Source: Patescibacteria group bacterium (lineage in GTDB: Bacteria > Patescibacteriota > Patescibacteriia > JBDRGY01). Taken from it: a stretch of DNA of 64,000 bases. Where the stretch lies: assembly GCA_043817315.1 (NCBI GenBank), contig JBDRGY010000014.1:8690-72689 (forward strand), written 5' to 3'. Positions 46,954 through 55,847 of the stretch are shown here, one piece after another. Within the stretch, counting starts at the first letter, position 1; every line of letters starts with the position of its first letter. A model generated the notes under the pieces. It ran no database searches. It saw only the letters and a list, made by a program, of their open reading frames with translations, and was not told where the DNA came from. Both the position numbers and the translations under genes were made by a program.

Positions 46954-48120
46954 GTGATAACTATGGCCAAAGGACCGAAGAAACAGAAAGGCCAGCAGGT
47001 AGTCAAGCCACCCGAGGTACCGAAAGGTCCTGATCGAGTTCAGCAGAAGCTGGTGCGCAAGAGGACTGAAGTTGACACAGACACTCGGGTCGGTTCCGTC
47101 GAAGAAAAGACGGAAATCACAAGATCCAAGGGTTCAACTATACTGGTTCGTCTGGCGCTTCTGGCCGGTATCCTGCTGATACTGTTTCGTGAAGGATCCT
47201 GGGTGATCAAGGGATGGCCGGTACCTGTTGGTCTGATCTGGGGCGTGGCCGTGCTTATGGCCCTGATCATGCTACTGCCTCTGATTCCCAAGAAGGCCGG
47301 CAAGAAGTTCAGCTTCCCCATGGCAGCAGTGGCCGGAATCGTCTTTCTGTTGGCGATGCTGGCTATACCATTGCTGATAGCTCCGGACCAGGTCGATACC
47401 CTCTGGACCGAGGCTCGCAACTGGCTGTATGCTATTGTGGGGATCACTGTGATCGGGGCGGTCTGTAGTACCCTGACCAAGAAGAAGGCCTATCTGGTCT
47501 TCGGAGTGATCATCTCAGTGGGCTTACTGATCTATGGACCACTGCCCATCCTGACAGCGGGACAGGCAGGCAAGTCGGTAATCAGTGAGGCCCCCACCTA
47601 CTCCAGATATCTGTGTGAGGACATCACCAAGGACGGAGCCATCTGGGCCAAAGAGGTCCGGATTTCTCCGCTGCCTGATGGTGAAGCTCTGGAGATCCTG
47701 ATCAACAAGAGGGACGCCGGCAACTGGCTGATGCTGCAGACCAAGACGGGTCTAGTAGACGTTGGCGACGGCCTGTTTGGTCCTCGGGGCAATCCAGACA
47801 AGGACCCCTACGTCGACAGTACGTTCGATCGTAGCAAGGCCGGTCTGGAAGCCCGTGTCTGTTCCAGTGAGGCAGCTGCCATCACCTGGTTCATGCACAA
47901 GCGAGCGGCTCCTGGTGTGTTCACCAGTCGTATCGTCAGGAAGGACATCCCGGTAGTCATCGCCATTCTGGAAGAGTGGTTCGACAAAGCAGGCTCTGAT
48001 AACATCACCCTGTGGCTGCGGATCGTTCACCGTCCTGAGGAATGTAATGACGGTAACGACCGTGGTTCTTTCACCGCTCACGTCTGGATGGCAGAGGAGC
48101 CGCCGATCGGTTCTTCGTAA
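46954..48120 (+). CDS. Membrane protein with four TM helices and a soluble C-terminal domain, possible NfeD-like partner of the SPFH protein, high GC
   Basis: 388 aa. Same GC-rich cassette and likely co-transcribed. No recognisable motif. Confidence 0.4.
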   Translation: MITMAKGPKKQKGQQVVKPPEVPKGPDRVQQKLVRKRTEVDTDTRVGSVEEKTEITRSKGSTILVRLALLAGILLILFREGSWVIKGWPVPVGLIWGVAVLMALIMLLPLIPKKAGKKFSFPMAAVAGIVFLLAMLAIPLLIAPDQVDTLWTEARNWLYAIVGITVIGAVCSTLTKKKAYLVFGVIISVGLLIYGPLPILTAGQAGKSVISEAPTYSRYLCEDITKDGAIWAKEVRISPLPDGEALEILINKRDAGNWLMLQTKTGLVDVGDGLFGPRGNPDKDPYVDSTFDRSKAGLEARVCSSEAAAITWFMHKRAAPGVFTSRIVRKDIPVVIAILEEWFDKAGSDNITLWLRIVHRPEECNDGNDRGSFTAHVWMAEEPPIGSS

Positions 48121-48141
48121 CACTCAGAAACAGGTTCATTG

Positions 48142-48174
48142 AGGGAGCGCCTTGTGTGCTCCCTCTTTTCTTTT
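48142..48174 (+). terminator. Rho-independent terminator closing the GC-rich cassette
   Basis: AGGGAGC-gccttgtgt-GCTCCCT followed by CTTTTCTTTTCC. Confidence 0.55.
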
Positions 48175-48228
48175 CCCAAAAAAACCAATTTCCGTTATAA
48201 TTAGATTATAATTTCTAATCATAAAAAA

Positions 48229-51200
48229 ATGAGAAAACAACTTAGTTTTGTAGTAATGATTAGTCTGATTGCTACTTTTTTCCCCCTGACTGATTCTCAA
48301 GCCACTTACGGTGATGTTTCTAAATATTTAGGCCACATTTATGCCGGAGATGGGGGAACAGCTGCTGCCGCCTATTTTGATTTCCCGGAAGATATCGAAG
48401 TAGATAGCTCTGGGAATTTTTTTGTTGCTGATACCTATAATAACGTTATCCGTAAAATTAGTTCTGCAGGAACTGTTTCCACCTTAGCCGGCACTGGCTC
48501 TTACGGCCTGACCAATGGGGCTACTACCGCTGCTGAATTTGCCCTACCTCGAGGAATAACCATTGATGCCTCGGGCAATATCTATGTGGCTGATACTGCC
48601 AACAATGCCGTCAGGAAAATCGCTGGCAGTACAGTGACCACCTTGGTCGGCGAAGGCTTATCAGCCCCTGAAGGCTTGATTATATATGGCTCCACTTTGT
48701 ATATAGCTGATACTGGTAACGATGCTATTAAATCAGTGTCCACGGCTGGCGGCACAGTAACCACCTTGGCTGGTTCTGGATTAAGTTCACCCAAGAAACT
48801 AGAAGTAGCAGCAGACGGAAGTTTGCTCTATGTTTCTGATGCCGGTAGTTACCGGGTATTAAAAGTTAACATTAGTACCGGAACGGTGTCTGTTTTGGCT
48901 GGCTCGGGTACAGCTGGCTATGCTGAAGGAACAGGCACAGCTGCCCAGTTTGAAAACATCTGGGGAGTGGAGTTGTATGGTGATTATCTTTATGTTGCCG
49001 ACGGGGATGGTTTTGATGACATGATCCGTAAGATAAATGTAACTACCGGAGAAACTTCTTCGTTTGCCACTGACAGCAATATGATGGCCATCAATTTCGG
49101 AGCAGGGCTACGGGTCTATAATGGCTATATTTATTTATGTAACCAGGGAATAGGAACTATTCATAAATTCAACGTGGACGATGATTCCGATAATGAAACC
49201 TTTGCTGGCTATGAGCGCTTTGGCCATCGAAACGGTACTAACCCACTTTTCGGCCGACCTCATGATATGGCGATGACTCAGGACGGTACCACTTTCTATT
49301 TAGCCGACAATAATAAGATAAGGAAGATTGTTAAAGCAACAGGAAATACCACCTATGTGACGGGTTCATCTGTTGACAACTACCGGGAAGGCTTGCCGGT
49401 AGGAGCCCCGGGCGGTATCGGTGCTGAAGCCCGCTTTTCCACTATTGCCTCAGTTGCGGTTAATAACGCGGGCACTGCTCTTTATCTGGTGGATCGCTGG
49501 AATAACCGGGTGCGCAAGGTTGATTTATCCGACCCTGATTATCAAACATACTTAATTTCAGGCGCTGGGCGAATTAATACCACTGGCACCCAGAGAAATG
49601 GTTATCAGGAAGGAATTAAGTGCGATTCGGTCAAAAATAAAGATGAATCATTTACCAAGCAATCGGGCTGTGCCTACTTTGATAATCCGGCTGGTATTGT
49701 TATCTCTCCTGATAATGCTTATTTGTATGTTTCTGACACCAACAACCAAAGAATCAGAAAGGTGAGAATTGCTGATGGTCAAACTTCTTTAGTGGCCGGT
49801 TCGGGCACAGCAGGCTACTTAAATGGGGAGGCTACCACTGCCCAGTTCCATACGCCCTACGGCTTAACCATAGATGCAAACGGAGATTTTCTTTATGTGG
49901 CTGATAGAGACAATCATGTCATTAGAAAAATAGACACAGCAACTGGTTTTGTTTCCACTCTGGCGGGCAAGGGCAGCGCTGGATATCTAGACGCCATTGG
50001 CACCTCGGCCTATTTTTCCTATCCGGAATATATCAAAATGGGAGCCGATGGTAATTTGTATGTAACTGAAGTTGGTTCGCAACGAGTCAGAGTAATTGAT
50101 ACGGTATCTGGTGACACCAGGCTAGTAGCCGGATCAGGCTACCGGGGTTATAAAAATGGGGCTAAAGAAGAAGCTGAATTCAATAATCCGGAAGGGTTGG
50201 TACCAGATACCGCTAATAATTCTGTTTATGTATTGGATTCTTGGAACGATGTGATCCGCCAGGTCGATATCGAAGGGGAAATCCCTCACACCGAACCGGC
50301 TCCGACAGTGACCGCTGTGATTCCTGATTTTGTAGAGCCCAAATGGGATGACGGTAGTGGGTTACGGGTAAGGATTACTGGTACCAATTTCCGACACGGA
50401 GCCGTTACTCATTTTTATACTTATCAAGCCTCAGCCACTTATGTGGTTTCCGACACAGAATTGGTAGCCGAATTACCCCTATCACAAATGTCAGCCGGCT
50501 ATTATGATGTGACAGTAACCAATTTGGACGGTCAAGCCGCTTATCTGTCCAAAGGGATAGGAATTTCTGATAATCTGGGCAATGTGCCAGGGGAACACTT
50601 CTCGGTACCGGGAGCGGAGACTGAGGAAGCGACAGAAGTAAGCATTGCCCCGGGTAACAGCTTTTATGCTTATTCGGAAACGATTCGGGGTGGCTTTTAT
50701 GTAGCTGTGGGTAATGTCCAGGGAGATGGACGGGAGGAAATTCTTACCGGCACCGGCATTGGGTTAGGTCCCCAGGTGAGAATATTTGATTTAGAGGGAG
50801 GTTTAAAAACCACTTTCTTTGCCTATGCGGAACATCTGCGATCAGGAGTCAGAGTGGCAGTGGGGGACCTAAACGGTGATGGTTACAATGAAATAATAAC
50901 AGCCCCAGGTCCGGGAGGCCGGCCCCATATCAGGACTTTTTCAGGAGACGGACAAGCCCTAAATGCCGGATTTTTCGCTCTGGATGGGCAGTTCCAGGGG
51001 GGTGCCTTCGTAGCCTGTGGAGATGTAAACGGTGACGGGCAAGATGAAATTATAGTGACAGCTGGTCCGGGAGGTGGACCCCACGTTACTGTCCACAATG
51101 GAGATGGTGATCTTTTAGCCACTTTCTTTGCCTATGACCAGCATACTTTCCGTTATGGTATTCGTCCTGCAGTTTTAGACGTCGATGGTGACGGCCATAT

Positions 51201-51591
51201 GGAGATTCTTACCGGACCGGAAACCGGATCACCACACATTCAAACCTTTCAAATTAGGCCGGGTGAAATCAGACAACTCAATCCAGGTTTTTACGCATAT
51301 GACCCAGATTACAAAGGAGGAGTAGCAGTGACCGGTGGTGATATGGACGGTGACGGAGCTGATGAGATTATTGCTGGAGTGGGTGATGCCGCCTCTCCAC
51401 TGGTTAGATTGTTTTACAGTGATGGGTCCGGATATCTCCGTAAAGAGTTTTACGCTTATCCCACTACATTTTTATCAGGAGTCAATGTGGCCTCAGGTGA
51501 TGTTGATGGTGATGATATTGATGAAGTAATAACTTCTCCTCGGGCTGATGGGGGTCCTCAAATCAGGATTATTGAAGTTGATCGATTATAA
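48229..51591 (+). CDS. Secreted NHL-repeat beta-propeller / IPT-TIG / FG-GAP repeat protein (1120 aa)
   Basis: Signal peptide. Several NHL repeats (SGNFFVADTYNNVIRKI, SGNIYVADTANNAVRKI, YLYVSDTNNQRIRKV), an IPT-like domain (PTVTAVIP...RVRITGTNF), and at least five C-terminal FG-GAP/VCBS-like repeats (GDLNGDGYNEIITAPGPGG, GDVNGDGQDEIIVTAGPGG). Confidence 0.7.
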   Translation: MRKQLSFVVMISLIATFFPLTDSQATYGDVSKYLGHIYAGDGGTAAAAYFDFPEDIEVDSSGNFFVADTYNNVIRKISSAGTVSTLAGTGSYGLTNGATTAAEFALPRGITIDASGNIYVADTANNAVRKIAGSTVTTLVGEGLSAPEGLIIYGSTLYIADTGNDAIKSVSTAGGTVTTLAGSGLSSPKKLEVAADGSLLYVSDAGSYRVLKVNISTGTVSVLAGSGTAGYAEGTGTAAQFENIWGVELYGDYLYVADGDGFDDMIRKINVTTGETSSFATDSNMMAINFGAGLRVYNGYIYLCNQGIGTIHKFNVDDDSDNETFAGYERFGHRNGTNPLFGRPHDMAMTQDGTTFYLADNNKIRKIVKATGNTTYVTGSSVDNYREGLPVGAPGGIGAEARFSTIASVAVNNAGTALYLVDRWNNRVRKVDLSDPDYQTYLISGAGRINTTGTQRNGYQEGIKCDSVKNKDESFTKQSGCAYFDNPAGIVISPDNAYLYVSDTNNQRIRKVRIADGQTSLVAGSGTAGYLNGEATTAQFHTPYGLTIDANGDFLYVADRDNHVIRKIDTATGFVSTLAGKGSAGYLDAIGTSAYFSYPEYIKMGADGNLYVTEVGSQRVRVIDTVSGDTRLVAGSGYRGYKNGAKEEAEFNNPEGLVPDTANNSVYVLDSWNDVIRQVDIEGEIPHTEPAPTVTAVIPDFVEPKWDDGSGLRVRITGTNFRHGAVTHFYTYQASATYVVSDTELVAELPLSQMSAGYYDVTVTNLDGQAAYLSKGIGISDNLGNVPGEHFSVPGAETEEATEVSIAPGNSFYAYSETIRGGFYVAVGNVQGDGREEILTGTGIGLGPQVRIFDLEGGLKTTFFAYAEHLRSGVRVAVGDLNGDGYNEIITAPGPGGRPHIRTFSGDGQALNAGFFALDGQFQGGAFVACGDVNGDGQDEIIVTAGPGGGPHVTVHNGDGDLLATFFAYDQHTFRYGIRPAVLDVDGDGHMEILTGPETGSPHIQTFQIRPGEIRQLNPGFYAYDPDYKGGVAVTGGDMDGDGADEIIAGVGDAASPLVRLFYSDGSGYLRKEFYAYPTTFLSGVNVASGDVDGDDIDEVITSPRADGGPQIRIIEVDRL

Positions 51592-51638
51592 TACTCCCTG
51601 GTTACATTTCTTGGGGAATTAAGATATAATTTATTACT

Positions 51639-52331
51639 ATGCCGTTGACCTTATTTAAAACTATTTCTGGTCGTGATAAGAATAAGAGTTTAGAAAAGCT
51701 CATCAGTTATTCCCTGCCGGATCAGGATCTGATATTGATGGCGATTTTGTCTATTATTATGGCCACTCTGGCGTTTTTGCTGGACAATATGGCAGTATTG
51801 ATCGGCAGTATGCTGATTGCTCCTATTATTTATCCCATCATGAGTTGCGGCATGTCCTTTGCCGTTTTAGACGTTAAGTTATTTCTCCGGTCATTAGGAA
51901 CTATTTCAATTTTTGCAATATTAGGAATTACTTCTGCCATACTAGTTACTATTTTGTTCAGCTCTTACCGGGTTGACTTTTCCAGTGACTTAATCTCTCA
52001 TATGCAGCCTTCCTGGTTGTATTTTGCTGTTGCCATTGTAGCCGGACTGGCTGCTTCTTTTGCCCTGGTCAAGCCTGAACTAAACGAAATGTTTCCCGGT
52101 ATCGCCGTATCGGTTGCTCTTATTCCCCCCTTGTCTGTTATCGGAATAGGGTTGGCCAATGGTAAAACAGAGATTGTCGCTGATGCAATCCATCTTTTTC
52201 TAAGCAACGCGGGGGGGATTATTCTGGCTTCTCTGATAATTTTTACTTTTATGCGTTTTCGTCTAAAGAGAAGAATAGCCCAAAAGGTGCTGGCTCAGGA
52301 GGAAAAAGAATTGGAAAACGGATTAACCTAG
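51639..52331 (+). CDS. Polytopic membrane protein, DUF389-like
   Basis: 230 aa with about six TM helices. No catalytic motif identified. Confidence 0.4.
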   Translation: MPLTLFKTISGRDKNKSLEKLISYSLPDQDLILMAILSIIMATLAFLLDNMAVLIGSMLIAPIIYPIMSCGMSFAVLDVKLFLRSLGTISIFAILGITSAILVTILFSSYRVDFSSDLISHMQPSWLYFAVAIVAGLAASFALVKPELNEMFPGIAVSVALIPPLSVIGIGLANGKTEIVADAIHLFLSNAGGIILASLIIFTFMRFRLKRRIAQKVLAQEEKELENGLT

Positions 52332-52365
52332 AATATTAGAAAAAAGATAATTAATATTTATCAAT

Positions 52366-52740
52366 ATGAATGAAAAACCCAAAGTATTGATAATAGACGA
52401 CGAAGAACCCTTTTTATTAGTAATGACAGAAAAGCTGTCAGACTATTTTCAGGTTACTGTGGCCAAAGACGGCCAGGCGGGACTAGAAAGAGCTTTGGCA
52501 GAACATCCCGATCTGATCTTATTAGATATTGTGATGCCCAAGATGCACGGCTGGGACGTTTACGAAAAGCTGCGGCGTGATGACTGGGGTAAATGGGTTC
52601 CGGTGGTAATAATGACCAACGTGGCCAATAAATACAAAGCGGAACAAGGGGCCAAATCCGGTGAGTTTGATTATTGTGTTAAATCGGACTATAATCTAGA
52701 AGAGATAGTTGAAAAGATAAAAGATAAGTTAAAAAAATAA
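52366..52740 (+). CDS. Stand-alone response regulator receiver (CheY-like) domain protein
   Basis: KVLIIDDEEPF...LILLDIVMPKMHGW, with the conserved Asp and Lys positions. Confidence 0.8.
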   Translation: MNEKPKVLIIDDEEPFLLVMTEKLSDYFQVTVAKDGQAGLERALAEHPDLILLDIVMPKMHGWDVYEKLRRDDWGKWVPVVIMTNVANKYKAEQGAKSGEFDYCVKSDYNLEEIVEKIKDKLKK

Positions 52741-52750
52741 CTAATAACCT

Positions 52751-53128
52751 ATGACCGCTAAAAAAAAGGTGCTGGTGATTGATGATGAACAACCTTTCTT
52801 GGATATTATGCAGGAGAAATTAGGCAAAGAAGGATTAGAGCCTTTATTGGCCATGGGGGGGGAGAAGGGAATAGAAGTTGCCCTCAAAGAACATCCTGAC
52901 CTTATCGTTTTAGACGTTCTAATGCCGGGGATGCACGGGTGGTCGGTTTACGAAAAATTAAGACAAGACGATTGGGGCCGGGGTGTGCCCGTTATTATCT
53001 TAACCAACGTGACTGATAAATACCGTAAAGAGCAGGGTGAGAAAACCGGGGGTTACGAATATCTGGTTAAGACGGATGTTTCTCTGGAAGAGGTGATTAG
53101 AAAGATAAGGGAAAAAGCCGGCGCTTAA
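52751..53128 (+). CDS. Stand-alone response regulator receiver domain protein (tandem paralog)
   Basis: KVLVIDDEQPF...LIVLDVLMPGMHGW. It shares EHPDL, MHGW.VYEKLR.DDWG and VPV.I.TNV with the upstream gene. Confidence 0.8.
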   Translation: MTAKKKVLVIDDEQPFLDIMQEKLGKEGLEPLLAMGGEKGIEVALKEHPDLIVLDVLMPGMHGWSVYEKLRQDDWGRGVPVIILTNVTDKYRKEQGEKTGGYEYLVKTDVSLEEVIRKIREKAGA

Positions 53129-53133
53129 GAAAT

Positions 53134-53166
53134 AAAAAATCCAAGCGAAAACAGCTTGGATTTTTT
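53134..53166. terminator. Bidirectional rho-independent terminator between convergent genes
   Basis: AAAAAATCCAAGC-gaaaaca-GCTTGGATTTTTT. Confidence 0.55.
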
Positions 53167-53173
53167 GGTTATA

Positions 53174-53857
53174 CTATTCGGTGCCGGTTTGGGAAGTAAA
53201 GTGGAAATATTTTAGCATGTTCTCAAAGACATCGGTATTTTGGGAGCCGCGCAGGCCGATAGAATAAACGTAATCATCCACTTCGGCATAAATTATATTA
53301 TCGGTTGTGTCGTGATAACTCGGGTTATTAGACAAGATGTAGCTGGTTCCGCTGGTCTTGGCATCTTGGTATAAATCCCAGACCGGTTTGTGGATTTCAA
53401 TAAAAACAGACCCTTGGTAATTGGGTGCTTTGCCCGAAGAAATTGATTGATAGTCATCAAAGGAATAAAAAGCAAATAGCTTGGAAATATCACCGTTGCC
53501 TAAATCCTGTTCTGAGTACTCTTTGACTATCCACTTGGTTTTATAAATAGTGGAAAAATTGTATTCTTCACTCTTGAAAAAAGAATAACCGGGGACGTTG
53601 TATTGATCAGAGCCGAGATCACCCAGAGCTTCTTGGTCAGTTGCTGAATTAGTATTTTGGTTGAGGTTGGAATTTTGGGTAACTACCTGACCTTCTTCTG
53701 ACTCGGTTTTAGTCAAAAACCACCAAGCTCCATATCCAATACCTGCCACCAACACTACTAATACAATAATCACCACTTTATTTACCGGTTTCCTGGGCGG
53801 TTTTTCTGGTTTACCAGTGGGTAGTTTTTCTTCTGGTTTTAAATCTGTGATTGCCAT
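53174..53857 (-). CDS. Membrane-anchored hypothetical protein with an Asn-rich linker
   Basis: TM helix VVIIVLVVLVAGIGYGAWWFL and an NSNLNQNTNS tract. It is the only ORF covering this interval, and a terminator follows its 3' end. Confidence 0.5.
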   Translation of the reverse strand: MAITDLKPEEKLPTGKPEKPPRKPVNKVVIIVLVVLVAGIGYGAWWFLTKTESEEGQVVTQNSNLNQNTNSATDQEALGDLGSDQYNVPGYSFFKSEEYNFSTIYKTKWIVKEYSEQDLGNGDISKLFAFYSFDDYQSISSGKAPNYQGSVFIEIHKPVWDLYQDAKTSGTSYILSNNPSYHDTTDNIIYAEVDDYVYSIGLRGSQNTDVFENMLKYFHFTSQTGTE

Positions 53858-53903
53858 ATTCCGATTATAGGATATTTTGTTAAATTAAACAAACTGTTTA
53901 ACT

Positions 53904-53931
53904 TTGTCAAAATGAGTGTCTATGTTATAAT
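53904..53931 (+). promoter_or_regulatory. Sigma70-type promoter (TTGTCA-16-TGtTATAAT) for the tRNA-Asp locus
   Basis: TTGTCA at 53904-09 and TATAAT at 53926-31 preceded by TGT. Confidence 0.35.
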
Positions 53932-53948
53932 GTCTTTACTTAAATCGC

Positions 53949-53972
53949 GAACCGGTGGTGTAGCCCGGTTAA
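53949..53972 (+). repeat. Partial copy of the 5' part of tRNA-Asp (acceptor 5' strand plus D-arm)
   Basis: gaACCGGTGGTGTAGCCCGGTTAA: 22 of 22 identical to positions 3-24 of the tRNA-Asp 90 nt downstream, followed by a 7-bp hairpin TCCCGCA...TGCGGGA. Confidence 0.45.
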
Positions 53973-54038
53973 TCCCGCAACTATTTTTAACAGGAAGTGC
54001 GGGACAGGCACGCCACAAGCAATTTGGAAAATGGTGGT

Positions 54039-54116
54039 GGACCGGTGGTGTAGCCCGGTTAACACGCCTCCCTGTCACGGAGGAGATCGAGGGTTCAAAT
54101 CCCTTCCGGTCCGCCA
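54039..54116 (+). tRNA. tRNA-Asp (anticodon GUC)
   Basis: Acceptor GGACCGG/CCGGTCC, D-stem GTGT/ACAC, anticodon stem CCTCC/GGAGG with loop CTGTCAC, T-arm GAGGG-TTCAAAT-CCCTT, discriminator G, and an encoded CCA. Confidence 0.85.
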
Positions 54117-54255
54117 CCATTTTCCAAACACTGTCTCCCTGCTTGCCCCGCAGAACGAAACGCTAGTGAAGCTTCTTGCGGGGTCACGGATAAAATTGTG
54201 GGTTCTCCGCCACTTAAATTTTATGTTAATGTACGGCGGATCCCCCGCAGGGGGA

Positions 54256-54276
54256 AAATCCCTTCCGGTCTGCCAC
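54256..54276 (+). repeat. Partial copy of the 3' part of tRNA-Asp (T-loop, T-stem and acceptor 3' strand, one mismatch)
   Basis: AAATCCCTTCCGGTCtGCCAC against AAATCCCTTCCGGTCcGCCAC in the tRNA. It is preceded by a CCCCCGCAGGGGG hairpin. Confidence 0.45.
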
Positions 54277-54367
54277 TAGTTTCAAACCCACAGCCGCCCT
54301 TGCCCGTCCCATAGGACTGAAAAATTGAATAAATTTTCATTAAATAATTTAACATTAATAATCAAAT

Positions 54368-54787
54368 ATGTCCAAATTTGAGAGGTGGTCGGGTGTAGAG
54401 GGTAAAGAAGGCACAGGAATTGACGATAAAGCAAAAGATACGACAACAACGGAAGTTGTTGAAATCGAGAGTGATATACCAAAAGAAGTTATTGAAAGAG
54501 GCGACACAAGTGAAATCCGTAGTTCGAGAAGAGAAAAATTTGCCGGTCATCTTGAGAAAGCTGGTCCTCGCACCCTGATTGAATACATTAAAAAAGGGGG
54601 AATTGATCTTGAGAATGTCAAAGGGTTACGCCAAGAATGGAAAGGAATAATCGAGAGAATCAAAGAAAAAGGAGGAGGAATCCATTGGCAAAATCCAAAA
54701 ATGTATTTTTTATCTAAAAGGGAAGCAGCCAATATGGCTTTAGAAGAACTGCAGGACAGATTTGCCCGCGGTCAAATTAAATATTAA
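54368..54787 (+). CDS. Hypothetical protein
   Basis: 139-aa charged soluble protein, the only ORF in the interval. No recognisable motifs. Confidence 0.35.
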   Translation: MSKFERWSGVEGKEGTGIDDKAKDTTTTEVVEIESDIPKEVIERGDTSEIRSSRREKFAGHLEKAGPRTLIEYIKKGGIDLENVKGLRQEWKGIIERIKEKGGGIHWQNPKMYFLSKREAANMALEELQDRFARGQIKY

Positions 54788-54903
54788 CTGATTTTGTCGG
54801 CAAATCATACAAAATTTTTTTTGGTAAGCCACCAATTTTTAATACCAGGAGATCATCCCGTGGCCGTGGGATCCGGTCCGCAAGATAGCAGGTTATTTAA
54901 GAG

Positions 54904-55284
54904 ATGAATAAATTAAAGATATTTTCTAAATATTGGCTACCGGTTATTTTATGGGCTGGAGTCATTTTTTATTTTTCCTCAATTCCCCATTTGCAGATTG
55001 AGGCGTTGGGAGTTTGGGATATTATTTTAAGGAAGATAGCTCATGCCACTGAATATGGTGTATTGGCCTTTTTGGCTCTGCGGCTAGGATTAAGAGAAAA
55101 CAAGAAGGGGACCGTAACTTTGGTAACGGTAATTATTTTCTGTGCTCTATATGCCTGGTCTGATGAATGGCATCAATCTTTTGTGGAAGGCCGCACCTTT
55201 GCTGTTTGGGATATTGCTATCGATTCATTGGGCGCCTCAGTTTTTGCTTTACTTTATTACCGAAACAAAAAACAGCCTAAATAA
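54904..55284 (+). CDS. VanZ-like family membrane protein
   Basis: WSDEWHQSFVEGRTFAVWDIAIDSLGA matches the VanZ-like pattern, with four TM helices. Confidence 0.6.
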   Translation: MNKLKIFSKYWLPVILWAGVIFYFSSIPHLQIEALGVWDIILRKIAHATEYGVLAFLALRLGLRENKKGTVTLVTVIIFCALYAWSDEWHQSFVEGRTFAVWDIAIDSLGASVFALLYYRNKKQPK

Positions 55285-55304
55285 ATAGCTGCCTTTTGTT
55301 GGTC

Positions 55305-55652
55305 TTATTTTTTGACTTCTTGAACAATCGCTTTAAATACCTTGGGGTGATTTTCCGCAAAATCAGCCAAGATTTTTCGGTCCAGCTCAATTTTATTCTT
55401 TTTCAATAAGTCGATGAAATTAGAATAAGTCAGATCTTCCTGACGGCAAGCGGCATTGATTTTTATCTGCCACAGCTTGCGAAATTCTCTTTTTTTGGTT
55501 CGTCTATCACGATAGGCATAGACGCCGGCTTTCAACTGAGCAGGCCGGGCTAATTTAATTTTCTTTTTTCTACCCCAACGATAACCTTTGGTTGTTTTTA
55601 ACAACCTTTTTCGTTTTTGGAGATGGGTTTTTCCTCGTTTTACACGTGACAT
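55305..55652 (-). CDS. rplT: 50S ribosomal protein L20
   Basis: MSRVKRGKTHLQKRKRLLKTTKGYRWGRKK... Confidence 0.9.
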   Translation of the reverse strand: MSRVKRGKTHLQKRKRLLKTTKGYRWGRKKKIKLARPAQLKAGVYAYRDRRTKKREFRKLWQIKINAACRQEDLTYSNFIDLLKKNKIELDRKILADFAENHPKVFKAIVQEVKK

Positions 55653-55655
55653 AGA

Positions 55656-55847
55656 TTATCCCACTAATTTCTTAATTGCTTTTACGTTAGCCTTGTTAAT
55701 GGTACGGTCTCTTCTTTTCTTTTTAGTGATCCGGCCCGATTCCCGAGCATTAAAATGATCTTGACCCGATCGGCGCTGCATCATTTTCTTGCCCCGGGTT
55801 ATTTTGATTCGTTTGGCTGTTGCTTTATGTGTCTTTATTTTCGGCAT
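55656..55847 (-). CDS. rpmI: 50S ribosomal protein L35
   Basis: MPKIKTHKATAKRIKITRGKK... Its start overlaps the infC stop (TAATG). Confidence 0.9.
   Translation of the reverse strand: MPKIKTHKATAKRIKITRGKKMMQRRSGQDHFNARESGRITKKKRRDRTINKANVKAIKKLVG

Noticed and set aside
53949-54276. Intron-containing or split tRNA built from the 5' and 3' partial copies
   Set aside because: The 5' fragment (GAACCGG) and the 3' fragment (CCGGTCT) do not form a clean acceptor stem (A2-C71 mismatch). An intact tRNA-Asp lies between them, so they are better explained as partial duplicates or scars.
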